The notes below the pieces were generated by a model. The model was given only the letters and a program-made list of their open reading frames with translations, did not search any database and had not been told where the DNA came from. From Clostridiales bacterium (GTDB taxonomy: Bacteria > Bacillota > Clostridia > Christensenellales > Borkfalkiaceae), in NCBI GenBank assembly GCA_022508245.1, contig JAFLVO010000006.1:847-64846 (forward strand): DNA of 64,000 nucleotides, given 5' to 3'. The position numbers were made by a program, and so were the translations under genes. This document shows, one piece after another, positions 19,523 through 28,569 of the stretch. Positions within the stretch are counted from its first letter, which is position 1. Every line of letters starts with the position of its first letter.

Positions 19523-20169
19523 TGGCTCAGCTCAACGCTAATCAAAAAATTATAGCTGACGACGTACTGCGCTACAAAAAGAACAAGCTCGCATCGACCC
19601 TTGCTCTTTTGGGACTTGTGTTCAACTGCCTGTACTTTATGGTGCTCTACTGCATAAGCAACAGAGAATTTTACAAAATTCTTATAGGCTTGTCGGTAGT
19701 AACCAACTTAATCGTGCTTTTGGGCGGGTTCCTTGCCTCCGAAGGCGTAAAGAACTACAAAAAGAGTATGGCAATAGTGCTTATGGTGCTTGCCGCTATT
19801 CAGATTGTAAGAATATTCGTATATCCCGTTCAGATTTTGAATTTCAAAGTCGCGGAGGGCAATACGTTCTACGGCATGACCGGAGCTTATTACTTCGGTG
19901 CAGACCTTACCACACAGTCGACTACGGTTATCTTAATAGTATACCTTGCTCTGTCTGCGGCGTGCTTTGTCGCTGCGGCGGTATGGGGATTGATAGTAGC
20001 CTTAAGGCTGGAGAACTTCAACCGTCAGCTCGATAATGGCGAGGTCGATATTGACAGAACGCTCAAGGAAATGGATGCGGAGGACGAGAGACAGACGTCT
20101 AACGTAGTTTCCGAAGCTACTATCTCCGAAACAGAAAAAAAGCTCGTAGAGGAGGAACAAGATGCCTGA
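19522..20169 (+). CDS. hypothetical 4-TM membrane protein (ABC-operon accessory, paralog b)
   Basis: ATG 19522 overlaps the upstream stop (TAATG) and follows ggaggtgg. Same topology, with the basic patch VKNYKKS between TM2 and TM3 and an acidic C-tail. Confidence 0.65.
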   Translation: MAQLNANQKIIADDVLRYKKNKLASTLALLGLVFNCLYFMVLYCISNREFYKILIGLSVVTNLIVLLGGFLASEGVKNYKKSMAIVLMVLAAIQIVRIFVYPVQILNFKVAEGNTFYGMTGAYYFGADLTTQSTTVILIVYLALSAACFVAAAVWGLIVALRLENFNRQLDNGEVDIDRTLKEMDAEDERQTSNVVSEATISETEKKLVEEEQDA

Positions 20170-21259
20170 AGTTAAAATTCAACATTTAGATAAAATCTAC
20201 GACGGCGGCGTTCAGGCTGTTTACGATTTCAACCTTGACGTAGCCGACGGCGAGTTTATAGTTTTGGTAGGACCTTCCGGTTGCGGAAAGTCCACAACGC
20301 TCAGAATGGTGGCAGGTCTTGAGGATATTACCAACGGAACTCTGCTCATCGACGGCAAGGATTGTACCCGTCTTCCCCCGAAAGACAGGGACATCGCCAT
20401 GGTATTCCAGAACTATGCGCTTTACGGTCATATGACTATCTACGAAAACATGGCGTTTTCGCTCACTCTCCGCAAGGAAAAGAAAGAAATCATACACAGA
20501 AAGGTTATGGCTGCGGCTGAAATACTCGATTTGAAGTCTCAGCTCAACAAAAAGCCAAAGCAGCTTTCGGGCGGTCAGCGCCAGCGTGTTGCAATGGGCA
20601 GAGCATTAGTCCGTAACCCCAAGGTGTTCCTGTTTGACGAACCCTTATCCAACCTCGACGCAAAGCTTCGCGGCTCTATGAGACGTGAGATTATGTTGCT
20701 TCATAAAAAACTGAACGCAACCATGATGTACGTTACCCACGACCAGACCGAGGCGTTGACCCTTGCCGACAGAATAGTATGTATGTCAATGGGTAGGGTA
20801 CAGCAGATAGGTAAGCCCATCGAGCTCTATGAACAGCCCGCCAACACTTTCGTTGCAACTTTCATAGGACTTCCTCCTATGAATATGTTCGACGGCAAAA
20901 TCGAGGGCGGTAAATTCGTGTGCGACCTCTTCGAATATAAATTGAACGAGGAACAAAGGGCAAGGCTTTCAGAGTACGAGGGGAAGGAAGTAATTCTGGG
21001 CGTCCGTCCCGAAAATATTACCCGCGACGGCAATATAACCCTCAACATAACCAACAACGAAAACCTTGGTATGAATACACTTGTCCACGGCAAGGTTTCG
21101 GGCGTTAAGCTTATCGTTTGCAAATTCTCCGAATGGTGCACGTATAAGCCCGGCGATGAAATCACAATAGGTTTCGACCCCGAAATGACCCACTTCTTCG
21201 AGAAGCCCATTCTTAACGATGAAGGCAAGGTTGTCGAGTACGGCAAGGCGATCAGATAA
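20162..21259 (+). CDS. sugar ABC transporter ATP-binding protein (MsmK/MalK type)
   Basis: Walker A GPSGCGKST, LSGGQRQRVAMGRAL, VFLFDEPLSNLD, YVTHDQ. Overlaps the upstream gene by 8 nt. Confidence 0.92.
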   Translation: MPEVKIQHLDKIYDGGVQAVYDFNLDVADGEFIVLVGPSGCGKSTTLRMVAGLEDITNGTLLIDGKDCTRLPPKDRDIAMVFQNYALYGHMTIYENMAFSLTLRKEKKEIIHRKVMAAAEILDLKSQLNKKPKQLSGGQRQRVAMGRALVRNPKVFLFDEPLSNLDAKLRGSMRREIMLLHKKLNATMMYVTHDQTEALTLADRIVCMSMGRVQQIGKPIELYEQPANTFVATFIGLPPMNMFDGKIEGGKFVCDLFEYKLNEEQRARLSEYEGKEVILGVRPENITRDGNITLNITNNENLGMNTLVHGKVSGVKLIVCKFSEWCTYKPGDEITIGFDPEMTHFFEKPILNDEGKVVEYGKAIR

Positions 21260-21273
21260 GGAGGAGCAGGATA

Positions 21274-21975
21274 ATGTCAGAAGATCAAATGACTGTTGAA
21301 AACGAGGTTCAGCTTGAAAATAAGCCTGCCGAAGAGCCTAAAAAGGAATCATTCGGTGCTAAAGTAAAGGAATCGTTGAGAAAGTTTACCGTTAAATTAA
21401 AGCGTAAGCCTCAAATGATAGTACTCTTGTTCGTTCTTATCACGAGCGTGGTTTATCTTTTGGGATTGAGGTCTTTCTCAAAGTCAGTTTACGCATTCCT
21501 TACCTCCAAGCTTCCCGACACTGTATTCGGTTCGGAGATTATCAACTTCATGGGAATATGCGTGTTCGTAAACACACTTTTCTCTTTCCTTGTACTCATG
21601 CTCGTTATGTGGTCATTCCCTAAACGTAAAAAGCCCAATGTAGTTATGATAGTATTGTCCTTTGTGTTTATGGCAGTGCTTATCCTGTTCGATATACTGT
21701 ACTATGTACAGATTTACGGACTGTGCGCCGACCAAATCGGTTCCACGCTGTATGAGGATGTAATATACTACCTTACCAACCAAAACAAGACTGCCGGCGA
21801 ATTTATAATTGCTTCATTCAACTACACTTGGGTTCACGTTGCAATGACGGGTATCTCCATAGTACTTTTGGCTACGTTACCTCTCTACAAAAAACTTCTT
21901 ATGAAAATCAATACGAAGAAGGTTATCGAGAGCACGGAAATCAAAGGCGAAATCGATACGAACGACGAAGTTTAA
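21274..21975 (+). CDS. hypothetical 4-TM membrane protein (ABC-operon accessory, paralog c)
   Basis: RBS aaggagg. Charged N-terminus, then TM1-loop-TM2-PKRKKPN-TM3-long loop-TM4-LYKKLLMK. Confidence 0.65.
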   Translation: MSEDQMTVENEVQLENKPAEEPKKESFGAKVKESLRKFTVKLKRKPQMIVLLFVLITSVVYLLGLRSFSKSVYAFLTSKLPDTVFGSEIINFMGICVFVNTLFSFLVLMLVMWSFPKRKKPNVVMIVLSFVFMAVLILFDILYYVQIYGLCADQIGSTLYEDVIYYLTNQNKTAGEFIIASFNYTWVHVAMTGISIVLLATLPLYKKLLMKINTKKVIESTEIKGEIDTNDEV

Positions 21976-21996
21976 TTCAATTACGTTATTCAATAT

Positions 21997-22036
21997 AAAA
22001 ATAACCGGCAAAAAATATTTTTGTCGGTTATTTTTC
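21997..22036 (+). terminator. intrinsic terminator
   Basis: Long A/T-rich hairpin ataaccggcaaaaaa / tttttgtcggttat, followed by ttttt. Confidence 0.65.
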
Positions 22037-22049
22037 CAAAAGGTATTTT

Positions 22050-22751
22050 ATGGCAGGAAAGAACAAGAACAAAGAAAAGGAATCGACTATTGAAAATTAT
22101 TACGACCTTAAAACGGACAAGATAGACGAGCTTGTTGCCGCACTTAAGGGCGAAGAAGACGAAGCCGATTCCTCAATCGATTATTCGATAAATTTCAATA
22201 CGGGCGTATACGACCCCAAAAACATAAAAAAGAACGGTAAAGAAAAGCAGTTTGACCCCTATGAGCGAGACTTTTTAGCCAAAATCCCCGTATGGCTTAA
22301 AGCGCTGTTTGTCAAGTGGTGGTTTGCGGGCGCCGTCTGTTATTTTTTCGTGTGGGGCATAAATTTAGGCGCTCCGCTCGACGCAATCGTTTTAACGGGC
22401 GCGGTTTTGGGAATCGTCGTCGACATCCTCGTCAATCCGCTTTTCCGCTATATGGAGACGGACAGAAGAGAATACAACGCCTATATGATGTTCCCTTTCC
22501 CGTTTAAACAGTTTTGGACCTTTTTCACAAATATAATTTACTACGTTGTGGTCTTAATCGTAATGTATTATTGCTTTTACTTCTTTGTAAACGACGTAAT
22601 ATTCAACGGCGGACAGATGCTTACGGTTGAACCTCTGCTTTTCGGAGTGTTCTGCGTAATAATAGATATGATTTTTATAGGCATAAAAAACGGCATAGTT
22701 GCGTTGATAAAGCACGGCAGAAGCAAAAAGGAGAACTCTTCAAATGTTTAA
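22050..22751 (+). CDS. hypothetical membrane protein (charged N-domain + 4 TM)
   Basis: About 85 aa of charged N-terminus, then hydrophobic helices (WWFAGAVCYFFVWGI...). Its stop overlaps the GH28 start by 8 nt. Confidence 0.6.
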   Translation: MAGKNKNKEKESTIENYYDLKTDKIDELVAALKGEEDEADSSIDYSINFNTGVYDPKNIKKNGKEKQFDPYERDFLAKIPVWLKALFVKWWFAGAVCYFFVWGINLGAPLDAIVLTGAVLGIVVDILVNPLFRYMETDRREYNAYMMFPFPFKQFWTFFTNIIYYVVVLIVMYYCFYFFVNDVIFNGGQMLTVEPLLFGVFCVIIDMIFIGIKNGIVALIKHGRSKKENSSNV

Positions 22752-24282
22752 AAAGCTCTTTATTTCGAGCACTACGGCGTGCTTCGAGCTTGTCAATAAG
22801 AATCCCTATTACAGCCCCCGCACATTCAAGGTGTATTTAAACGGCAAAGAGGTCGCAGGCGAGAGGAGCGAAAACGTCTTTTCTCTCTTTAATCTGACCC
22901 CCGAAACGCAGTACACCGTTGAAATTTCCACGGAAAAAACCAAAATTGCCTTTACGACTCCCGCCGACACCGCAGTAATAGACGTTAAATCACTCGGCGC
23001 CAAAGCCGACGGTGTTTCGGACGATACCTACTACGTGCAGAAGGCAATAGACAGCTGTCCCGCAGGCGGCAGGGTGGTGCTTGAAGAGGGAGTTTATTTC
23101 GTTCGCCCCATCGTATTGAAAAGCGGGGTTACGGTAGAGCTCAAAAAGGGTGCCGAGCTGTTGGGCGACACGCGTGAGGAGAGTTATCCATATATTCCCG
23201 CCCGCATCTATAAGAGCGGTAAAGAAAATATTCTTGCAACGTGGGAGGGGGACCCCTTCGACTGTCATCAGTCCTTTATTTCGGCGTACAGGCAAAAAAA
23301 TATTAAGATTGTAGGCGAGGGCACTATAAACGGCAATGCCGACCGCTCCACCTGGTGGAATAGACCCACAGGCAGAAAGGTTGCCCGTCCCCGCCTCGTA
23401 TTTTTAAATAAGTGTCAAAACGTCGTTTTCCACGGCGTAACCTGCAAGAATTCGGCAAGCTGGAACCTGCATCCATACTTTTCAAAAAATCTCGCATTCT
23501 ACGATTTGAAGGTTGAAAACCCTTACACGGGTCCCAATACTGACGGACTTGACCCCGAAAGCTGCGACAAGGTCGATATTGTCGGCTGCAGGTTCAGCGT
23601 CGGCGACGACTGCTGTGCGATTAAGTCGGGTAAGCTGTATATGGGCAAGACCTACAAGACGCCCGCAACCCGCCACACTTTGAGAAATAATCTCTTTGAA
23701 AACGGTCACGGCGCAATCGTTCTCGGCAGTGAAATGGCGGGCGGAGTAAAGAGCCTTTCGGTAAGTCAATGCGTTTTCAGCCATACCGACAGGGGCTTGA
23801 GAATAAAGACGAGAAGGGGCAGAGGCAAGGACGGAATTATCGACGGCGTTCTGTTTGAAAATATAGTAATGAAGAACGTCATCGTACCGTTCGTAATAAA
23901 TATGTACTACCACTGCGACCCCGACGGTCACGATGAAATAGTTTGGTCGCGCAAAATGCGCCCGGTCGACGAAACGACGCCCTATCTCGGCAAATTCGCG
24001 TTCCGCGACATCGAGTGCGTTGACTGCGAGTGTATGGCGGGGTACTTTGACGGACTCGTCGAACAGCCCATAAAGGAAATCGTGATAGAAAACGTCAGTT
24101 TTTCCTTTAAAGAGGACGCACAGCCCTTCGAGCCTGCTATGCTCGATTTTATCAGAACTTATTGTAAAGAGGGGCTTTACGTAGATAACGTTGAAAAGCT
24201 CATTTTAAAGAACGTTACCTTTGACGGCGTTGTCGGCGAAAAAATAATAAAGAAAAATTGCGGAACAGTAATAGAGGAGTAA
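22744..24282 (+). CDS. glycoside hydrolase family 28 (exo-polygalacturonase-like), no signal peptide
   Basis: GH28 motifs NTDGLDP, GDDCCAIKSG, GHGAIVLGSE and RGLRIKT. N-terminal FN3-like ~80 aa. Confidence 0.88.
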   Translation: MFKKLFISSTTACFELVNKNPYYSPRTFKVYLNGKEVAGERSENVFSLFNLTPETQYTVEISTEKTKIAFTTPADTAVIDVKSLGAKADGVSDDTYYVQKAIDSCPAGGRVVLEEGVYFVRPIVLKSGVTVELKKGAELLGDTREESYPYIPARIYKSGKENILATWEGDPFDCHQSFISAYRQKNIKIVGEGTINGNADRSTWWNRPTGRKVARPRLVFLNKCQNVVFHGVTCKNSASWNLHPYFSKNLAFYDLKVENPYTGPNTDGLDPESCDKVDIVGCRFSVGDDCCAIKSGKLYMGKTYKTPATRHTLRNNLFENGHGAIVLGSEMAGGVKSLSVSQCVFSHTDRGLRIKTRRGRGKDGIIDGVLFENIVMKNVIVPFVINMYYHCDPDGHDEIVWSRKMRPVDETTPYLGKFAFRDIECVDCECMAGYFDGLVEQPIKEIVIENVSFSFKEDAQPFEPAMLDFIRTYCKEGLYVDNVEKLILKNVTFDGVVGEKIIKKNCGTVIEE

Positions 24283-24285
24283 AAT

Positions 24286-25419
24286 ATGAATTACAGCGTT
24301 ATTGATAAATATATCGACCGACTTATTGAGGATACTACACCCGAGGCGCCCATTTGGAATATTGAAAATATCAAGCACGGCAAGGAGCCCGGCTGGAACT
24401 ATATAGACGGCTGTATGATGACTTCGCTTTACAGTATTTACAAAATTACGGGCAACAAAAAATATCTTGAATTTATAGATAAATTCGTGGATTACTACGT
24501 TTTTGAGGACGGCTCTATCCGCGGCTTTAAGCTTGATACATACAACGTGGACAACCTGAACGAGGGCAGAGTGCTCTTCGACTTATACCGCGAAACGGGC
24601 AAGGCAAAGTATAAAAAGGCAATTGATTTACTGTATTCGCAGGTCTGCGGACAGCCCCGTACCGACTTGGGCAACTTTTGGCACAAGAAGATATATCCCA
24701 ATCAGGTGTGGCTTGACGGTCTGTATATGGCGCAGGTGTTCTACACCCGCTACGAGGCAGAATTCAACGACGGCAAGAACTTTAATGATATTGTTTCGCA
24801 GTTCAAAAACGTGTACGACAATATGTACGACAAACAAAAGCGCCTCTACTATCACGGTTGGGATTACTCTAAAAAAGCCTTTTGGAGTGACCCCGAGACC
24901 GGACTTTCCAAGAGCTTCTGGCTTCGCTCGGTCGGCTGGTACACCGTAGGTCTTGTGGACGCTATCAGCTATATGGACGGGGAAGAGTATAAGGCAAAGC
25001 TTATTGCAATCTTCAAGGACACGATAGAGGGGCTTGAAAGATATATAGACCCCGATAAAAAGATGTTCTGGCAGGTCGTGGACCAGGGAGCGAGAGAAGG
25101 AAATTATCTCGAAACGTCCGGCAGTGCAATGATTGCATACGCAATGTTAAAGGGCGCAAGACTGGGCTTTATCGATAAGCGTTATGCTACCGTCGGCGAG
25201 GAAGTATTCAACGGCATCTGCAAGGAATATCTTACCGAAACGGACGGCAAGCTTAACCTCGGCGGTATCTGCCTTATGGCGGGACTCGGACCTGAGAGCA
25301 ACAGAAAGCGCGACGGCACTTTCGAGTACTATATCTCCGAACCCGTCGTCGAAAACGACGCAAAGGGCACGGGCCCGTTCGTCATGGCATACACCGAAAT
25401 CAAACAGCTCAAAAAGTAA
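24286..25419 (+). CDS. glycoside hydrolase family 105 (unsaturated rhamnogalacturonyl/galacturonyl hydrolase, YteR/YesR-like)
   Basis: Pattern WNYIDGCMM, WLDGLYMAQVFY, YHGWD, FWLRSVGWY, ETSGSAMIAYAMLKG. Sits in a pectin locus. Confidence 0.82.
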   Translation: MNYSVIDKYIDRLIEDTTPEAPIWNIENIKHGKEPGWNYIDGCMMTSLYSIYKITGNKKYLEFIDKFVDYYVFEDGSIRGFKLDTYNVDNLNEGRVLFDLYRETGKAKYKKAIDLLYSQVCGQPRTDLGNFWHKKIYPNQVWLDGLYMAQVFYTRYEAEFNDGKNFNDIVSQFKNVYDNMYDKQKRLYYHGWDYSKKAFWSDPETGLSKSFWLRSVGWYTVGLVDAISYMDGEEYKAKLIAIFKDTIEGLERYIDPDKKMFWQVVDQGAREGNYLETSGSAMIAYAMLKGARLGFIDKRYATVGEEVFNGICKEYLTETDGKLNLGGICLMAGLGPESNRKRDGTFEYYISEPVVENDAKGTGPFVMAYTEIKQLKK

Positions 25420-25430
25420 AAATATAAATT

Positions 25431-25462
25431 AAAAACACGGTTACAAAAGTAACCGTGTTTTT
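25431..25462. terminator. bidirectional intrinsic terminator
   Basis: aaaaacacggttac aaaa gtaaccgtgttttt, a perfect 14-bp stem between convergent genes. Confidence 0.8.
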
Positions 25463-25674
25463 CAATATTCTTTTCTCCCGCACAAAATGTCTATACTCAC
25501 GTCAAAATAATCTGCAATTCGCCAGCACTCAATAATGCTCGGTTCAATGATTCCCTGCTCCCAGCGGGATAAATTTGCCTGACTCGTGCCGATTTCTTTT
25601 GCAAGTTGCCTTTGCGATAAGCCTTGCGCTTTGCGAAGCTCGGCTATTTTATTGTTCTTAAAATTGTATTCCAC
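25462..25674 (-). CDS. XRE-family helix-turn-helix transcriptional regulator (70 aa)
   Basis: HTH_3 pattern LRKAQGLSQRQLAKEIGTSQANLSRWEQG. Confidence 0.88.
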   Translation of the reverse strand: MEYNFKNNKIAELRKAQGLSQRQLAKEIGTSQANLSRWEQGIIEPSIIECWRIADYFDVSIDILCGRKEY

Positions 25675-25685
25675 AAAAATATGTT

Positions 25686-25737
25686 ATACATAAGTGTATC
25701 AAAAATACTTGACATATACAAATTTGTATCATATAAT
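25686..25737 (+). promoter_or_regulatory. consensus sigma-A promoter with two ATACA-N4-TGTAT operators
   Basis: TTGACA (25709-25714), 17 nt, TATAAT (25732-25737). Inverted repeats ATACAtaagTGTAT (25686-25699) and ATACAaattTGTAT (25716-25729, inside the spacer). Confidence 0.7.
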
Positions 25738-25766
25738 CAAGTTGCGAAAATTTTAGAGAGGTACTT

Positions 25767-25988
25767 ATGGATAATGTAGTCAGGTTTTTAGTTACCTTTT
25801 TCTTTGGACCCTTAGGTAGTATGATTATCAATCACACTTCGTTAAAACCCAAAGGCTTTACTTCAAGAACGGGGTGCTATTTTTTCCTGTCGATTATAAC
25901 ATTCGGCATTTACTGGTTTGTCGCTTCTATTAGCAATTTATGCTTTGATGAAAGCAATGCGAATAATACCGGATATAAAAACGATTAA
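25767..25988 (+). CDS. small membrane protein (73 aa, 2 TM; TM2-domain-like?)
   Basis: Two hydrophobic helices (FLVTFFFGPLGSMII, CYFFLSIITFGIYWFVASI). RBS agagagg. Divergent from the XRE gene. Confidence 0.6.
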   Translation: MDNVVRFLVTFFFGPLGSMIINHTSLKPKGFTSRTGCYFFLSIITFGIYWFVASISNLCFDESNANNTGYKND

Positions 25989-25989
25989 T

Positions 25990-26024
25990 AAAAAAGCACA
26001 CTGCGTACACAGTGTGCTTTTTAT
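25990..26024. terminator. bidirectional intrinsic terminator
   Basis: aaaaagcacactg cgtaca cagtgtgcttttt. Confidence 0.8.
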
Positions 26025-26035
26025 TTTGGTTTTGG

Positions 26036-26920
26036 TTATGCGGCGGTTTGTTCGGTGACGGGGATTTCTGTAGCGACAGCCGAGCGGACGGTGTATTCCG
26101 ATACGTTCAAAACAGTTTCGCCGTCGATTTGAAGGGCGCAAGGCTTGTCGAATTTGACGGTAATCTCTCTGCCCGATAAAATTTTGACCTGCTTGGTCTT
26201 TTTGATGTGCTCACCCTTGAAAATCTTGGGGAACGCCATAAGCGTTCTCAGTTTTCCCGCGTTGTACATGAGACAGATTGAAAGGCTTCCGTCGCCCAGT
26301 CTGTCCTGTGCGGGGGTGGGAATCATGCCGCCGCCGTAGTATCTTCCGAGCATAGAGGGGGCAATCCAGGTCTTTTTAAAGGTATAGCTCTGTCCGTCAA
26401 CAATAACGGTTGCGGTTCTGGGCTTGAAGTGGAACAAAAGTCCCTTTACGGCAATTCCCGTGTAGTCTACTTTCTTGCCCTCGGACTTGAGTTTGTCGCC
26501 CATCTCGCAGCAGTAGCCGTCAATTCCGTAGCCTATGCCGTTGATAAATTTATAATCTTTTCCGTTTACAGTAACAGTTGGCAGATTTTCAAGATATTTG
26601 TCTATGCAGATAGGTGCGTCGCCCTTCTTTCTGCCGATATCCGTCCAGAAATCGTTGCCGTTGCCCGCGGCATAGTACCATACGCTATTTTTGAAGTTAT
26701 AGCTTTGCGTGTCGTTTACGAACCTGTTGATAGTTCCGTCGCCTCCGACAAGAAGAATGTTTTCATCCTCTTTAAGCGCTTTTAAAAATTCGGCGTAGTT
26801 GACTTTGGTTATATCCTCTAATTCAAATTCGTGCTCTTTTAAAAGCTCCGTAAGCTCATCCTTGATTTTCTCGTTGACAACGCTTCCCGAAAGGGGGTTG
26901 TAAAGTACTTTATATTTCAT
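26036..26920 (-). CDS. diacylglycerol-kinase-family lipid kinase (YegS/BmrU-like)
   Basis: DAGK catalytic-domain pattern with the LLVGGDGTINRF motif. 294 aa. Confidence 0.8.
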   Translation of the reverse strand: MKYKVLYNPLSGSVVNEKIKDELTELLKEHEFELEDITKVNYAEFLKALKEDENILLVGGDGTINRFVNDTQSYNFKNSVWYYAAGNGNDFWTDIGRKKGDAPICIDKYLENLPTVTVNGKDYKFINGIGYGIDGYCCEMGDKLKSEGKKVDYTGIAVKGLLFHFKPRTATVIVDGQSYTFKKTWIAPSMLGRYYGGGMIPTPAQDRLGDGSLSICLMYNAGKLRTLMAFPKIFKGEHIKKTKQVKILSGREITVKFDKPCALQIDGETVLNVSEYTVRSAVATEIPVTEQTAA

Positions 26921-26950
26921 AATCTTCTCCTATGTTAATCATATTTTAAA

Positions 26951-27670
26951 TTATCGGGTTGTATTACCGTATTCAGTCGGCGAAACCCCGAAATTTTTCT
27001 TAAAAACTCTTGAAAAATACATGGGGTCGGAAAACCCGCACGCTTCGGCAACCTGAGAAACTGTGTACTCGCTGTACTGGTTGCTTATTCCGCTTGAAAT
27101 AATCTGTGCGGCAAGCCTCATCCTGCAGTCAGAGAGGTAGCAAAGGGGGGTGGTGCCAGTCTCCTTTTTAAACAGCTTTCTAAGATACTCGTAGCTTAAG
27201 GGCAGCCTCTTTAAGGTGTCGTCCACAGAGTACGAGGAGTTTGAAATATTGCTCTCAATCTCGGAGCGGATAGTTTCCACAAGGGGGGAATACTCCCGCT
27301 TTTTACAAAACGACGAAACGCATACCGCAATCAGATTTCCGAGTGCGTTTAAAACCTCGCCGTTTTTGTCAAAGAAATATTCCGCCTCTGTTATCGCCTG
27401 TGTAGTTATATTGTTTATGTCTTGAACCTTCGTAGGCGCTTTAAAGGGCAGAATTGCCTTTTCAAGCACGGCGACAGTGCTGTTTTTGAGCGCAGTCGAT
27501 GCGGTGTGCCGATAGAATGGGGGAAGGATCAATATCTCGCCCTTTTTAAATGCTAAAGAAACGTCGGGCAAGTTATATTCGCCGTCTTCGTCGGCAACGA
27601 AAATTTTATATAGCTTGTCCGCCCTCTCGGGCATATTTTCGGCTTTTCCCGCATATACGACAAAATTCAT
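26951..27670 (-). CDS. AraC-family transcriptional regulator
   Basis: N-terminal cupin-like part (GEILILPPFYRH). C-terminal double HTH (TVSQVAEACGFSDPMYFSRVFKKNFGVSPTEY). Confidence 0.85.
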   Translation of the reverse strand: MNFVVYAGKAENMPERADKLYKIFVADEDGEYNLPDVSLAFKKGEILILPPFYRHTASTALKNSTVAVLEKAILPFKAPTKVQDINNITTQAITEAEYFFDKNGEVLNALGNLIAVCVSSFCKKREYSPLVETIRSEIESNISNSSYSVDDTLKRLPLSYEYLRKLFKKETGTTPLCYLSDCRMRLAAQIISSGISNQYSEYTVSQVAEACGFSDPMYFSRVFKKNFGVSPTEYGNTTR

Positions 27671-27722
27671 AGCTATATAATACTACAAATTATCTAATTT
27701 GTCTATATAGCAGTAATAAAAA

Positions 27723-28205
27723 TTACTTACATTTATTGGATAAATCGTGTTTTTCGTAGACAATGCTGTCAAGCTCCGCATTGTAGCCCTCTGTTTTAAC
27801 GTATCCGCAGGCTGTAAAGAATTTTTCGCTTTCCTCGCTCGGCAGGCAGTAGGCTTTAGCCGTTCCGCGCTCTCTCAGCTTCATCTCCGCGGTGTACAAA
27901 AGGAATTTACCCAGACCCTGACGGCGGTGGGAGGGGATAATATACAGCTCGCGTATGTCCCCCCAGCCTTCCTTGAAATTCCACTCGTTTTCTATGTCGT
28001 CCGTCTGATAAATAACAAAACCCGCAAAGATTTCGCCGTCCTGCAAAATATCTATGCTTATAAGTCCCGAAAGCAGGTCGGGCATTATATACTCGTCAAT
28101 TAAATGCGCGGTGTCGTCCTCGCAACCGAGCTCTTGATAGTACGAGGAGAAGAGGACTTCAAACTCCTTTTTTGTCAAATCGGAAAGGGGGGAAATTTTA
28201 AGCAT
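27723..28205 (-). CDS. GNAT-family N-acetyltransferase
   Basis: Acetyl-CoA binding motif HRRQGLGKFLL. 160 aa. Confidence 0.8.
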   Translation of the reverse strand: MLKISPLSDLTKKEFEVLFSSYYQELGCEDDTAHLIDEYIMPDLLSGLISIDILQDGEIFAGFVIYQTDDIENEWNFKEGWGDIRELYIIPSHRRQGLGKFLLYTAEMKLRERGTAKAYCLPSEESEKFFTACGYVKTEGYNAELDSIVYEKHDLSNKCK

Positions 28206-28227
28206 AATACTCCTTACTAAAACTTTT

Positions 28228-28263
28228 TACTAAAAAAATAAAACGGGGAAAGCTCCCCGTTTA
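28228..28263 (-). terminator. intrinsic terminator of rplU-rpmA
   Basis: Minus-strand hairpin aaacgggga gctt tccccgttt, followed by ttattttttt. Confidence 0.75.
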
Positions 28264-28272
28264 AATTTTAAA

Positions 28273-28551
28273 TTACTCTGCTGCGGGATAAACGCAAACT
28301 TGCTTTCCGTCTCTGCCCAGTCTTTCAAATCTTACGGTGCCGTCAACGAGTGCGAACAAGGTATCGTCCTTGCCCATGCCAACGCCCGAGCCCGCTTTGA
28401 TTTTGGAACCGCGCTGTCTTACGAGAATGTTGCCCGCAAGCACAAACTGGCCGTCGGCGCGCTTTACGCCGAGCATTTTGGGATTACTGTCTCTACCGTT
28501 GTGCGAAGAGCCCGTTCCCTTTTTATGGGCGAATAATCTTATAAAAAACAT
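28273..28551 (-). CDS. rpmA: 50S ribosomal protein L27 with a short N-terminal propeptide
   Basis: [33 protein letters not shown] aaggag. Confidence 0.95.
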   Translation of the reverse strand: MFFIRLFAHKKGTGSSHNGRDSNPKMLGVKRADGQFVLAGNILVRQRGSKIKAGSGVGMGKDDTLFALVDGTVRFERLGRDGKQVCVYPAAE

Positions 28552-28569
28552 AATTTTATCTCCTTGAAA

